DNA from: a virus
Lineage: Duplodnaviria; Caudoviricetes
IMG/VR virus record: IMGVR_UViG_3300031949_000049
Location: 1 to 54,356 of that record
Reading direction: 5' to 3' (one strand)
Length of the DNA stretch: 54,356 nt
This document shows positions 1 through 8,336 of the stretch, piece after piece; positions within the stretch are counted from its first letter, which is position 1, and each line of letters starts with the position of its first letter. A model generated the notes under the pieces. It had not been told where the DNA came from. It did not search any database and worked only from the letters and a program-made list of their open reading frames with translations. Made by a program: the position numbers and the translations under genes.

Positions 1-184
1 GGGCTTCCGGCTCGATCGGTGCTTCAGGATCAACCGAGGGATTGGCCTCAGGAGTCGGCGTCATCGTTTCCGAAGGAACTGTGATTTCCATCGTCTTGAG
101 ATCGAGGGGCGTACCTAGGAAACCCATCTGGTTCATGGCAAAAGCTGCTCCTGCCAAGATGAGTGCTATTAGAAAGTATTTCAT
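1..184 (-). CDS. N-terminal fragment of secreted/membrane protein (runs off window)
   Basis: ATG at 184 after AAGGAG; MKYFLIALILAGAAFA signal-like segment then Pro/Thr/Glu-rich linker. Confidence 0.7.
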   Translation of the reverse strand, partial: MKYFLIALILAGAAFAMNQMGFLGTPLDLKTMEITVPSETMTPTPEANPSVDPEAPIEPEA

Positions 185-194
185 GGTGTTCTCC

Positions 195-416
195 TTAGAA
201 TTTAAGTTTAGGTGAGGGCCTGACCAACTTGAGGGTCTCAGCCTCTCCTTGGACCTTGGCCTTGAGCACTAGGTTTTGCTTTATGAGGGAGGCGATCGTC
301 TCTATCTCGACGTTCGCCTCGTCTCGGTACAGCAGCACGGCTTCCATGTAGTCGCACCCGAGATCCAGCACCATCGTCTCAATGATGATGTGAAATGATT
401 TCGGGTCGATTATCAG
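195..416 (-). CDS. 33: T4 gp33-like late transcription coactivator
   Basis: F..IE..V....DYMEAVL.Y.....EIETIASLI...LK.K...EAE.LK...KL pattern of gp33 homologues; start uncertain (CTG at 416 after AAGGAG). Confidence 0.8.
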   Translation of the reverse strand: MIIDPKSFHIIIETMVLDLGCDYMEAVLLYRDEANVEIETIASLIKQNLVLKAKVQGEAETLKLVRPSPKLKF

Positions 417-427
417 GGTGTCGCTCC

Positions 428-568
428 TTATTTCGTGGGTGTCGTAGGTGGTGTCGGGGCCTTGTCGTTCATCAGCGGGTACGCGAACCAACCGATGGCG
501 AGACCCACGACGAAGGCGAGTGTTGCGATCATGATGTGTAAGTTCCTCTGTTGCGATGGCGGTGCCAT
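428..568 (-). CDS. small membrane protein (46 aa, below ORF-track cutoff)
   Basis: MAPPSQQRNLHIMIATLAFVVGLAIGWFAYPLMNDK...; GGAG upstream; follows promoter at 581-608. Confidence 0.65.
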   Translation of the reverse strand: MAPPSQQRNLHIMIATLAFVVGLAIGWFAYPLMNDKAPTPPTTPTK

Positions 569-580
569 CTCCAGAGACGA

Positions 581-610
581 CTTATATATCTAAAGTGGGC
601 GCGTGTAAAC
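581..610 (-). promoter_or_regulatory. early sigma70-type promoter
   Basis: GTTTACA-17nt-TATAAG, resembling the T4-type GTTTAC -35. Confidence 0.55.
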
Positions 611-618
611 AGTACGGG

Positions 619-849
619 CTAGTATTCTTTCAGATAGGGTAGGACGGACCGAAGGATCTCGTCTTGCCCTTCCGGAAGAATAAGCCAGGAAGCGCAGTAA
701 GAGTCGCTGTGCTCCTTCCACGCCTCGTACGCGTCTTGTGGTGAAACCTGATAGCCCTTGGTCTCAAGAGCTCTGGTTATGGCCACCGCGTCGACGGCAT
801 ACTCACTGGGTATGGTACAGTCCGGCCTCTTGAGGTAGATCATATCCAT
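619..849 (-). CDS. hypothetical protein
   Basis: ORF overlapping the upstream gene's stop. Confidence 0.7.
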   Translation of the reverse strand: MDMIYLKRPDCTIPSEYAVDAVAITRALETKGYQVSPQDAYEAWKEHSDSYCASWLILPEGQDEILRSVLPYLKEY

Positions 850-1463
850 ATGCTATGCCTTATGTCGATGAGCTTGTGCAGCATCCGCTGGTCCTCTTCG
901 TCTATTGCCTCTTCTTCCTTGTAGTACGCGTTCCGGCGCTCTGCCAGGTTCTCCACTCGGTGGGCCTTCGGCGTGTGTCCGAAGAGCCACATCATCTCCT
1001 TACTGTGGGCGGCGTGCCTCGCCGGGCGATCTATCTTCCACCAGCGATACAGTTCGATGGCTGTCATCTGATTGTCGCCCTGGCTCTTGTGTACCCCCTC
1101 TGGGGCGTTGCCGTCCGGCTTGACGATGAGTTCCTTCGACCACTCCTCGAATTTGTCGAGCTCGCCGTGGAAACTGATGTATCTCTCAAGGATGATGAAG
1201 CAGGAATGAAGGATCATCTGGTCTTCGTCCCACCATGCCGCGTAGGGCATTTTCACGGTCCAGGCTGATCTCTGGGTCGTGTGGAGCCTGACGTTGCTCA
1301 TGAACTCGGCGATGAAGGTAGGGCCGCGGTTGACCCACATGAGAAACTTCCCAAGATTCTTATTGCGGTGGCCGTACACCGGCATCCCAAAGATGAGGGC
1401 TCCCGAGCTTCTCGGGGATTCATAGGGCTTGAGGTATTTGAGAAATTCGAACATGATCACCAT
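840..1463 (-). CDS. hypothetical protein
   Basis: 207-aa ORF, phage-like codon use. Confidence 0.75.
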   Translation of the reverse strand: MVIMFEFLKYLKPYESPRSSGALIFGMPVYGHRNKNLGKFLMWVNRGPTFIAEFMSNVRLHTTQRSAWTVKMPYAAWWDEDQMILHSCFIILERYISFHGELDKFEEWSKELIVKPDGNAPEGVHKSQGDNQMTAIELYRWWKIDRPARHAAHSKEMMWLFGHTPKAHRVENLAERRNAYYKEEEAIDEEDQRMLHKLIDIRHSIWI

Positions 1464-1472
1464 AAATACTTA

Positions 1473-2003
1473 GTGCATTACACTGGTTATGTTTATATTT
1501 GGTATGATACGAAAGCTAAATTCTTCTATGTCGGGGGACATAAAGGAAGAACTGGAGATTCGTACATTTGTTCTAGTAAGATATTGAAACACGCTTATAA
1601 ATTGAGACCTCATACTTTTAGATTCAAAGTCTTAGAATATGTTGTTGGCGATATTAGACATCTGAGAGAAGCCGAACAGCGTTGGCTTGATAAAATCAAC
1701 GATAATGAACTCTTCACCTCAGAAAATGTTAAGAACAAAACAACCAGATACTACAACGTAAAGAAACTTTCCACTGGAGGCAATGGTTCGGCCAATAAAG
1801 GAAATTCTAACATAGGTGGTCGAAATAAGGATCATCCAATGTCAGAAGAACAAAAGAAGAAGATTGCTCTCGCCTTGAGAGGAAGAAAACAGTCTCCTGA
1901 ACACATAAAGAATAGACTTTTAAGTCGCCTCAAAGTAGGCCCGTTCTGTTTCGAGGTGGAGCCCATACCCAATAAGACTAAGCGGCTAGCGCCATTGCCC
2001 TAA
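1473..2003 (+). CDS. Seg-like GIY-YIG homing endonuclease with NUMOD3-like tail
   Basis: GYVYIWYD...FYVGGHKG...YICSS, E..WL, YYN; HPMSEEQKKKI..ALRGRKQSPEHI; AT-rich; GTG start just after CATAAATA late-promoter-like box (1461-1468). Confidence 0.85.
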   Translation: MHYTGYVYIWYDTKAKFFYVGGHKGRTGDSYICSSKILKHAYKLRPHTFRFKVLEYVVGDIRHLREAEQRWLDKINDNELFTSENVKNKTTRYYNVKKLSTGGNGSANKGNSNIGGRNKDHPMSEEQKKKIALALRGRKQSPEHIKNRLLSRLKVGPFCFEVEPIPNKTKRLAPLP

Positions 2004-2252
2004 ACGGAGCGTTATCATTCGCTGCGTTTGTAATTGTGACCTGTGACGGAGTCATCCGATAGACCTCCACCCTCTCTTCACACCGAGTCGAATCCTGTTT
2101 CGCCCCCATCAAGAACACACCGAGTTCATCCTTTTTATCATCGCAGTTGCAACTGCGTGGACACAACGAGTGGTCACGGTGTATTCATGGTGGAGGCGTC
2201 GGGTACTGCCCCCGAGTCCTACGGCGATCGCTGAGGGCTTCAACGACCTACA
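1935..2252 (-). ncRNA. ssrA: circularly permuted (two-piece) tmRNA gene, alphaproteobacterial type
   Basis: Acceptor piece ...GACUCGGGGGCAGUACCCGACGCCUCCACCA (ends 2188) precedes coding piece GGGGGCGAAACAGGAUUCGAC (starts 2107); G3-U70 Ala identity; tag (A)ANDNAPFRAMALAA-stop ends 1978; outer ends approximate. Confidence 0.93.
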
Positions 2253-2254
2253 TA

Positions 2255-2287
2255 CTATCTATATACAAAATAAAAGTTCGCGTCAAC
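2255..2287 (-). promoter_or_regulatory. promoter for tmRNA
   Basis: TTGACG-17nt-TATAGA(TA), also resembles the T4 late box. Confidence 0.55.
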
Positions 2288-2318
2288 TACACCCGGGGAG
2301 GCATCCGTATATATACCA

Positions 2319-2816
2319 ATGGGAACAGTTATCCCACGACAGCAGGAGAGACTGTCAATGAAAAGCAATCATCATTGCCATATCGAACACGATACGTGCA
2401 GTGCTTGTCGTCATCGCGAGATCATGGAAATGCTCGACTTCATAGTCGAATCACAATCAATAGCAGAAGAAAGGTTTGAAGAAATGACAGCAGAACTTGA
2501 CGCCCTTAAGATGGTCGTCGCCAGGGTTGAGTCCATCGAGGAGAGCGCAATCGTTCTCATCCAGGGAATCGCAGCCCAGCTCGAGGCCATCAAGGATGAC
2601 CCGGCGGCGATCGCGGCCCTTGCCGCGGACCTGACCGCATCGGCCGACGCCCTTGCGATCGCGGTCGACACCTTCGACGGCGACCCAGTCGTAGAGGCTC
2701 CTCCGGTGGTTGAAGAGCCTCCGGTCGTCGAGGCTCCCGTAGAGGAAGCCCCAGTCGTTGAGGCCCCTGTAGAGGAAGCCCCAGCCGAGGCACCGGCTGA
2801 AACCCCAGTCGCCTAG
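2319..2816 (+). CDS. hypothetical helical Ala-rich protein with acidic VVEAP/VEEAP repeat tail
   Basis: ORF followed by terminator; start may be 2358 or 2484. Confidence 0.75.
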   Translation: MGTVIPRQQERLSMKSNHHCHIEHDTCSACRHREIMEMLDFIVESQSIAEERFEEMTAELDALKMVVARVESIEESAIVLIQGIAAQLEAIKDDPAAIAALAADLTASADALAIAVDTFDGDPVVEAPPVVEEPPVVEAPVEEAPVVEAPVEEAPAEAPAETPVA

Positions 2817-2834
2817 ACAACACAAAGCAAGGCA

Positions 2835-2857
2835 AAGGCCCCCGATTAGGGGGCCTT
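2835..2857. terminator. hairpin between convergent genes
   Basis: AAGGCCCCC-GATTA-GGGGGCCTT. Confidence 0.7.
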
Positions 2858-2865
2858 CGTCATCT

Positions 2866-3168
2866 CTAGTGTGGCTGGGGCTGTTCTATCTGAAAGGTAT
2901 CTACGTCGTAGCACAGGGCGCTCATCAATTTCATTCCGCCGGGGTCGACGACCTGGTGATGGGCGTGGTGTTTCTTGACTTGCATGGCGGCTTCTTCACA
3001 CCCGGCGATTGTGTGGTGTGAGTAGTTGTATCGACTCTCGTGCTCATCGTTCGAGAGGATGACCACCAGGATCTGGGGATCGTAGTTAGAGCACTTCCAG
3101 TAGGTATCGTATGGGGCGACCTCGGCGTCGCACATCAACATCCCGGCGAGTATGATTCCCTTGATCAT
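2866..3168 (-). CDS. hypothetical protein
   Basis: ATGA overlap with upstream ORF. Confidence 0.65.
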   Translation of the reverse strand: MIKGIILAGMLMCDAEVAPYDTYWKCSNYDPQILVVILSNDEHESRYNYSHHTIAGCEEAAMQVKKHHAHHQVVDPGGMKLMSALCYDVDTFQIEQPQPH

Positions 3169-3383
3169 AGCGGAAACTCTTCACACGGTAAAGCAGCTTG
3201 CACCAAGATTTTGTCTTCATGGCGAAAAAGAGAATATACGCAGTCAACCTTGAATATGAGAAAGTGTTCATCGCTCCTAGAGTAATAGGCCAGGAATGCT
3301 TGAGGACTCACCAACTGGCCTAGGTCAACGCTGTGGCAGTGCCAGTTTTCTCTTACCAGATTCATCCCTTCATCTCCAGCCAC
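3165..3383 (-). CDS. hypothetical protein
   Basis: in a run of overlapping small ORFs; start may be 3365. Confidence 0.55.
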   Translation of the reverse strand: MAGDEGMNLVRENWHCHSVDLGQLVSPQAFLAYYSRSDEHFLIFKVDCVYSLFRHEDKILVQAALPCEEFPL

Positions 3384-3550
3384 GTAGGAAAGTTGGAGTG
3401 ATCCATCAGGAACTCGAAGGCGAGCCGCATCGCGTAGGGTTGGATGCTGCCAAACTCACCCTTATGGGCCTTGTCGATGAGCTGCATTGCCTCGAGCATG
3501 GCCTTCTCTACCTCTTCCTTGGTCACCGGATACTCAGCCGTGTTCCTCAT
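3362..3550 (-). CDS. hypothetical protein
   Basis: ATGA overlaps on both sides. Confidence 0.65.
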   Translation of the reverse strand: MRNTAEYPVTKEEVEKAMLEAMQLIDKAHKGEFGSIQPYAMRLAFEFLMDHSNFPTWLEMKG

Positions 3551-3762
3551 CTCTTCGACACCCCGTTCAACCAGTTACACTTGTTGTTGGCGTCCTCCCT
3601 GGACGCCACGGAGTTGATCGCCCTGCCATCTCGGCAGAGGATGTAGAGAGATTTGTCGACGGGTTTCATGTCGGGGAAGTAGTTCCCGATTAACCTACCG
3701 TCGATGACCATGTATGTCCACATCAGCTGCCTCCGAACACGCCGTCTTGGCACTTCTGACAC
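3547..3762 (-). CDS. hypothetical protein
   Basis: operon context; start uncertain. Confidence 0.5.
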   Translation of the reverse strand: MSEVPRRRVRRQLMWTYMVIDGRLIGNYFPDMKPVDKSLYILCRDGRAINSVASREDANNKCNWLNGVSKR

Positions 3763-3929
3763 ATGCCGCTGATTTCATATTCCTTGCGAGAGAGCGAATC
3801 ACGGAACTCACCGACTGGGTTTCGACACATCGGACACTTGTGTTCCTCGATAGCCTTCATGGTCCCAGGGAAGACTGCCTCTATGGCATCCCTCATTTCC
3901 GGTGTCTTATCTGACATTGGCTTCTTCAT
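3723..3929 (-). CDS. small zinc-finger protein
   Basis: CPMC...EYEISGMCQKCQD. Confidence 0.7.
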   Translation of the reverse strand: MKKPMSDKTPEMRDAIEAVFPGTMKAIEEHKCPMCRNPVGEFRDSLSRKEYEISGMCQKCQDGVFGGS

Positions 3930-3991
3930 CTACATCTTGTCCACGTAATAGAAGAAAATGAAAGCACACACCGTAAATCCGATGATGCCCG

Positions 3992-4276
3992 TTATGGCGA
4001 CCGCGGCCTGGGGCCAATTATTTCTATATCGAATTCTGAGACGCTCTCGGCGAAGAACGACCGCCAGGCCTTCTTCTCGACGTCCCAGGCGCTGATGATG
4101 TTCGGATCCTTGGCTCGTCCGTCGTCCGCCTTAACCTTGGTGGATCTCGGCGGGAGGTAGTCCTGAGAGAGGGTGCACCGCATGACGCGCTCTGTCCCGT
4201 CGACCTTGGTGAACTTCACCTTGCGGACGCCCATCTTGAGGCTTCCGACCATGTATTCCTTGTCAAACTTTGGCAT
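3992..4276 (-). CDS. WYL_2/DUF2693-like Sm/SH3 beta-barrel protein
   Basis: VKFTKVDGTERVMRCTL...WDVEKKAWRSF signature. Confidence 0.8.
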   Translation of the reverse strand: MPKFDKEYMVGSLKMGVRKVKFTKVDGTERVMRCTLSQDYLPPRSTKVKADDGRAKDPNIISAWDVEKKAWRSFFAESVSEFDIEIIGPRPRSP

Positions 4277-4618
4277 CTATTTCGGTGTCCTCTTCATGAA
4301 TACCATCTCGGCCAGCGCCTTCCCAGCGGGAGAGGTCCGACCAGTCCTGGTGTTGCGAATGCGATAGGGCTTCTTGGTGCCCGGCTTGTAGTCGGCGAGC
4401 TCGTGTCCGTGCACCACCCGGTCGACGTCGAGGTTCTTCTCGATGGCAACTTGTTCGAGCGCGGGCTTGCGGAACTGCATCTTGAGGGTGAACTCTGCAA
4501 AATCGTCCGTGAAGTAGATGCTGTCGACCTTGAAGTGCAGGGCCGGGTGCTTCTCCTCCAGGGCCTTGGTGGCCGTGTTCCTAAGTGAACCCATCATGGA
4601 CGAGTTAAACTTCGGCAT
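4277..4618 (-). CDS. hypothetical protein
   Basis: ORF abutting neighbours. Confidence 0.7.
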   Translation of the reverse strand: MPKFNSSMMGSLRNTATKALEEKHPALHFKVDSIYFTDDFAEFTLKMQFRKPALEQVAIEKNLDVDRVVHGHELADYKPGTKKPYRIRNTRTGRTSPAGKALAEMVFMKRTPK

Positions 4619-4799
4619 TGTGCTTTCCTTCCACCCACCGGCCGGCCCCGTTCTTGTAGCCGACTTGCACGCCGCGCCGGAACACCGCGTACTGGGCGAT
4701 ACCGACGGCGTCGCCGGCCTGCCTGGCCGCGGTCTCGGACTCGTAGGAGTTCGGTAGGGCGCAGCCAGAGCTGTAGAGGTACACGGTGTAGTCCTTCAT
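4605..4799 (-). CDS. hypothetical protein
   Basis: operon context. Confidence 0.6.
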   Translation of the reverse strand: MKDYTVYLYSSGCALPNSYESETAARQAGDAVGIAQYAVFRRGVQVGYKNGAGRWVEGKHNAEV

Positions 4800-4978
4800 G
4801 TTACCAACCCCACGATTAACACGATCACGGTGATTGCCACGATGGCACTGGCCAAGAGGGCCAGGCCGCCGGCGTTGGGGAAATACTTCATTTTATCCTC
4901 CTGCTATCATAATCAGTTGTCCGAGAAAGAACAGGGCCGTTAGCGTCGCGAGGACCCCGATGACTTCGAAGTTCCTCA

Positions 4979-5281
4979 TCATTCTCTCCTAACTTCGAAG
5001 GTCTGTGGATCGATGCCGGGTTTCAATGCGGTCTCTTGCCTTTTCAGAAGGATGTCGTGAACCTCGGCTTCAACTTCGTCCTGCAACTTCTTGTGCTCGA
5101 TTTGGAGCTGGTGCCAGAGGTAAGTGTAGACGTCCTTCTCAGCTTGTGTCTTCTGTTTTCCATAGGACGACGTGAGGTACGCGAAGTCATCTCGATTCCG
5201 ACGAATTTCGCGTAGATACGTGAGTGCGAGTGATCTGTTCATGTCAATAATCCGGGCTCTCGCCCAGGTCGTCGCGGTCAT
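4979..5281 (-). CDS. hypothetical protein
   Basis: ORF; start may be 5242. Confidence 0.55.
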   Translation of the reverse strand: MTATTWARARIIDMNRSLALTYLREIRRNRDDFAYLTSSYGKQKTQAEKDVYTYLWHQLQIEHKKLQDEVEAEVHDILLKRQETALKPGIDPQTFEVRRE

Positions 5282-5474
5282 AGCCGTCGATCCGGTTGGC
5301 GGTCCGCTCCTCCGTGGTTAGTGACTCAACCGCGTTCTCGTAAGAAACCCGCGCCTCGTCAGGGTCGTTCTGGAGATACCTGACGTAAGGCCCGCGGCGC
5401 CTGCTCGGCCGTTGGCGGATTTGGTGTTCACGCCTTCTCTTGTGCCAGTTCATGTAGGCTTTGTCGATATTCAT
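5244..5474 (-). CDS. hypothetical protein
   Basis: AGGAGG RBS; first gene after promoter cluster. Confidence 0.7.
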   Translation of the reverse strand: MNIDKAYMNWHKRRREHQIRQRPSRRRGPYVRYLQNDPDEARVSYENAVESLTTEERTANRIDGYDRDDLGESPDY

Positions 5475-5519
5475 GGAATCCTCCTATGAGTGCAACACAG
5501 GCATTTCTGCCATTTTGTC

Positions 5520-5850
5520 ATTCTACCCTAGTCTGACTCAAATGTCAACTGGCCATACGTGAAGGGCCCGCAGGAAAATAAACCCCAAAAACCTGCGGGC
5601 CCCGTTGGTGATCGGGGGATAGGAGAATCGACCCGACCAGAAGTTTTCATCCTAACACACGGTGTCGGAGGAGTCAAATTAAAAAAAGGCCGGCGCCTGA
5701 TTGCGTAGGGGCCGGCCAAGTCTAGGGAGGGACTCTCAGGGAGAGTCACTGTGTAGTCATATATACTTGTCGGGAGAGATTGTCAAACGACACGGTTTCG
5801 TTTGCATGACAAAGAGGGCCGGTGTACTTTCCCGTTGGGTGTGATATAAT
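5520..5850. promoter_or_regulatory. divergent early promoter cluster
   Basis: minus: TTGACA-17-TAGAAT (~5520-5548), TTGACT-17-TAGGAT (~5649-5677), TTGACA-17-TATATG (~5758-5786); plus: TGTACT...TGaTATAAT (5823-5850). Confidence 0.7.
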
Positions 5851-5882
5851 GGTGGTGTTAAGTTGACATCAGGAGAATCATC

Positions 5883-7004
5883 ATGTTGCGGATGCACTTG
5901 AAGAAGAAGAAACCCAAGAAGACTCGTTCCGAGGTCTATATCATGAACCTCACCCACCTCGGAGAGGAGTACACCTACGAACCCGGTGAGAAACTCACGA
6001 ACATCAAGCTGGCCAAGGCCTTTAACTGGTACGCCTACATGGCGGACGTCGAGGAGGCCAAGGAGTACCTGGGCGCATATCTCGCCCGCAAGAACATGAC
6101 GGAGCTCGAGACCAGATTGGCCGAGGTTCCCAACACCTCGTTTCCACTCACCGCGGCCTGGCTCGCCAGGATCGAGGAGCTCGGTGCGGACGTGGCCGGC
6201 CACGACGACTTTATCATGAACAGCGTCAACAACGCGGTCAATCGCTACGCCCGGAAGGTCGGTGATGAAGAGAGCACAGACGAACAGTCAGTACCCAAGG
6301 TGAAGAGGCCTCCGTCGGCCTTCACGTTCATCGGCAACCTGGAGAACGTCATCGACCGGAAGGAGTGGACCTACAACGTCTACGAATCCCTCAAGGCCGC
6401 GGAATTTCCCACCGGGTCGGTGAACATCATCATCGACTACTATGAGCCACTCCTCTCTGAGATCAAGGTGGCCTTGGCCAATACCGACACCCAGGTGTTC
6501 GAGGGCTACAAGGGAATAAAGAAGACGGACCTGAAGGACGAGCAGACGTGGCTCGAGAAGCTCCTGGCCGACTGTTCTGGTTACGGTAGCAACGAGCGGA
6601 AAATGAGAAAGATCGTCCGGAAGAAGAAGGAGAAGGCGCCGGAGAAGAAACTCAAGCACTTCGCCTACCGCAAGGAGGACATCGAGTACAAGGCGGCGAG
6701 CGTCGACCCAGTCATGATCATCGGGGCGACCGAGGTCTATCTCTTCAACGTAAAGTATCGCTCCATCACGGTCCTCCGCGGCGAGTCACTCGACGTCAAG
6801 GGAAAGTCGGTGGTGAAGCACGACGAGAAGAACTCCTTCTCCAAGACGTGTGGTCGGAAGTCTGCGGAGATTGTCTCCACCATCTCGGCCGGAGGGAAGG
6901 TGTCCATCTCACGGGCCCTGGAACTGGCAAACGGCAAGCTCTGGAACAAGGCGAAGAATCTGGTCGATGAGAACACGCTCATCCTCAGGGTGACCCGTGC
7001 TTGA
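5883..7004 (+). CDS. conserved T4-like phage hypothetical protein
   Basis: 373 aa, AGGAG RBS, own promoter; C-terminal S..P..IIGA.E...FN.K.R pattern recalled from T4-like phages. Confidence 0.85.
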   Translation: MLRMHLKKKKPKKTRSEVYIMNLTHLGEEYTYEPGEKLTNIKLAKAFNWYAYMADVEEAKEYLGAYLARKNMTELETRLAEVPNTSFPLTAAWLARIEELGADVAGHDDFIMNSVNNAVNRYARKVGDEESTDEQSVPKVKRPPSAFTFIGNLENVIDRKEWTYNVYESLKAAEFPTGSVNIIIDYYEPLLSEIKVALANTDTQVFEGYKGIKKTDLKDEQTWLEKLLADCSGYGSNERKMRKIVRKKKEKAPEKKLKHFAYRKEDIEYKAASVDPVMIIGATEVYLFNVKYRSITVLRGESLDVKGKSVVKHDEKNSFSKTCGRKSAEIVSTISAGGKVSISRALELANGKLWNKAKNLVDENTLILRVTRA

Positions 7005-7020
7005 GAGCCGACAGGCTCGT

Positions 7021-7170
7021 CTAAGGATTTTGTTCTTCCTCGATGTATGGCGAGCTTGGATCAGTGGCTCGGTCGACAGCTTGCTGAATTCCTCCGGCGT
7101 CCATCCACCCGAACATCCATCCGAGCCCAAAACTGACAACCACTGCTATGATAACGAGTGCGTACTTCAT
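7021..7170 (-). CDS. small membrane protein (49 aa)
   Basis: AAGGAG RBS; MKYALVIIAVVVSFGLGWMFGW... Confidence 0.65.
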   Translation of the reverse strand: MKYALVIIAVVVSFGLGWMFGWMDAGGIQQAVDRATDPSSPYIEEEQNP

Positions 7171-7179
7171 TCTTTCTCC

Positions 7180-7992
7180 TTAGTGTACCCTGACGTCGCC
7201 AGGTTTCATCATGTTGTCCATGAACTCAGTGAATCCGAGGAATTCCTTCCAGGCGAAGTCTTCCTTCTCCCGCCCGCAGACCCAGTCGACGTGGAGCTTC
7301 TGTCTCCTCCACAGCTGGTCGTAGACCTCGCTCGTTGCGAGATCAATAACCTCCATGAGCACCGAGGCAAACGCGGTCCCGTAGGCAGACGTGTCCAGCG
7401 AGTGCGGGGTGAGGAACCCAGACGCCCCACACATCTCTGGGAACCCCGAGTGCTTCGGGGCGACGACCACGCAGCCCGCACTCATGGCGGTCACGAGTTC
7501 TGGGTTGTATGACTCCCAAGACATGCTCGGGTGGGCGAAGATCCTCGACTGGGTGAACATCTCCACGACCTGCTCTCGGTCTGGCTTGATCAGCAGGGTG
7601 CACGTCTCCTTGTCGAGCATCTGCATCGCCACGGCATTGGGTTCCTTGGACGCCGCGGCGAAGAGCTTGAATTTTTTTCCGCTGTTCTTGATGAGGGCGT
7701 TGGTGATCCCAAGCAGCATGGACAGGGTACCGTCGGTCGGATCCCCAGCCCAGCACACCCTCACCTCGTCGGCCTTCCCGGTGACCTTGACTGGATCTAC
7801 GCCTGGCGCTATGACGTGGCGGTGCTTGGCTGGGATGAACATCGTCTTGAGTTGCTGCCACGACGACGTCGCGACCAGGGAGTGGACCGACGGATACTCG
7901 GTGACGGAGTTCCATCGCGGGTCCACGGCCCACACTATCCCAGTGTCTCTCGACTCGAAGTCTACTGAGACTTCACTTCCTTGTATCTTCAT
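7180..7992 (-). CDS. GT-B (GT4-like) glycosyltransferase, divergent
   Basis: FAHPSMSWESYNPELVTAMSAGCVVVAPKHSGFPE resembles the GT4 donor-binding motif. Confidence 0.75.
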   Translation of the reverse strand: MKIQGSEVSVDFESRDTGIVWAVDPRWNSVTEYPSVHSLVATSSWQQLKTMFIPAKHRHVIAPGVDPVKVTGKADEVRVCWAGDPTDGTLSMLLGITNALIKNSGKKFKLFAAASKEPNAVAMQMLDKETCTLLIKPDREQVVEMFTQSRIFAHPSMSWESYNPELVTAMSAGCVVVAPKHSGFPEMCGASGFLTPHSLDTSAYGTAFASVLMEVIDLATSEVYDQLWRRQKLHVDWVCGREKEDFAWKEFLGFTEFMDNMMKPGDVRVH

Positions 7993-8006
7993 GATGAACT
8001 CCGATC

Positions 8007-8336
8007 TTATTGCGTGAAGGAGGCGTGGCGATCTTCCGGGGGAGGATAGAAGATCACGTTCTTGAGTTGCACGATGCACGTCTGTGGGAAATTGGCGATC
8101 CTGTACATGAGTACGTATGACTCATTTGGAAGTAGCCATATCATATTTATGCCGCTGCCGTCAATGGTCGTGGCCTGGAATACCGGGGACCAGCCCCGGG
8201 CCCTGAGTTGCTCGGCGGTCTCGTTGCGGCACTGTGTCTTCATGGTTATCGGGACGATGATGGTCTCTGTCGGATCCGCGGCTGTTGCCGCGGGTGCGAG
8301 CATCAAGAACATGCCTAGTGCTAAGATGTATTTCAT
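8007..8336 (-). CDS. secreted hypothetical protein
   Basis: signal peptide MKYILALGMFLMLAPAATA; GAGG RBS. Confidence 0.7.
   Translation of the reverse strand: MKYILALGMFLMLAPAATAADPTETIIVPITMKTQCRNETAEQLRARGWSPVFQATTIDGSGINMIWLLPNESYVLMYRIANFPQTCIVQLKNVIFYPPPEDRHASFTQ

Noticed and set aside
1978-2166. 62-aa ORF ending ANDNAPFRAMALAA as a protein gene
   Set aside because: It is the tmRNA tag frame extended upstream through the RNA's own sequence.
2685-2812. CRISPR-like or DNA tandem repeat
   Set aside because: These are degenerate in-frame VVEAP codon repeats without spacers. No CRISPR array was seen in the window, and the Cas4-like nuclease is the usual phoH-linked exonuclease.
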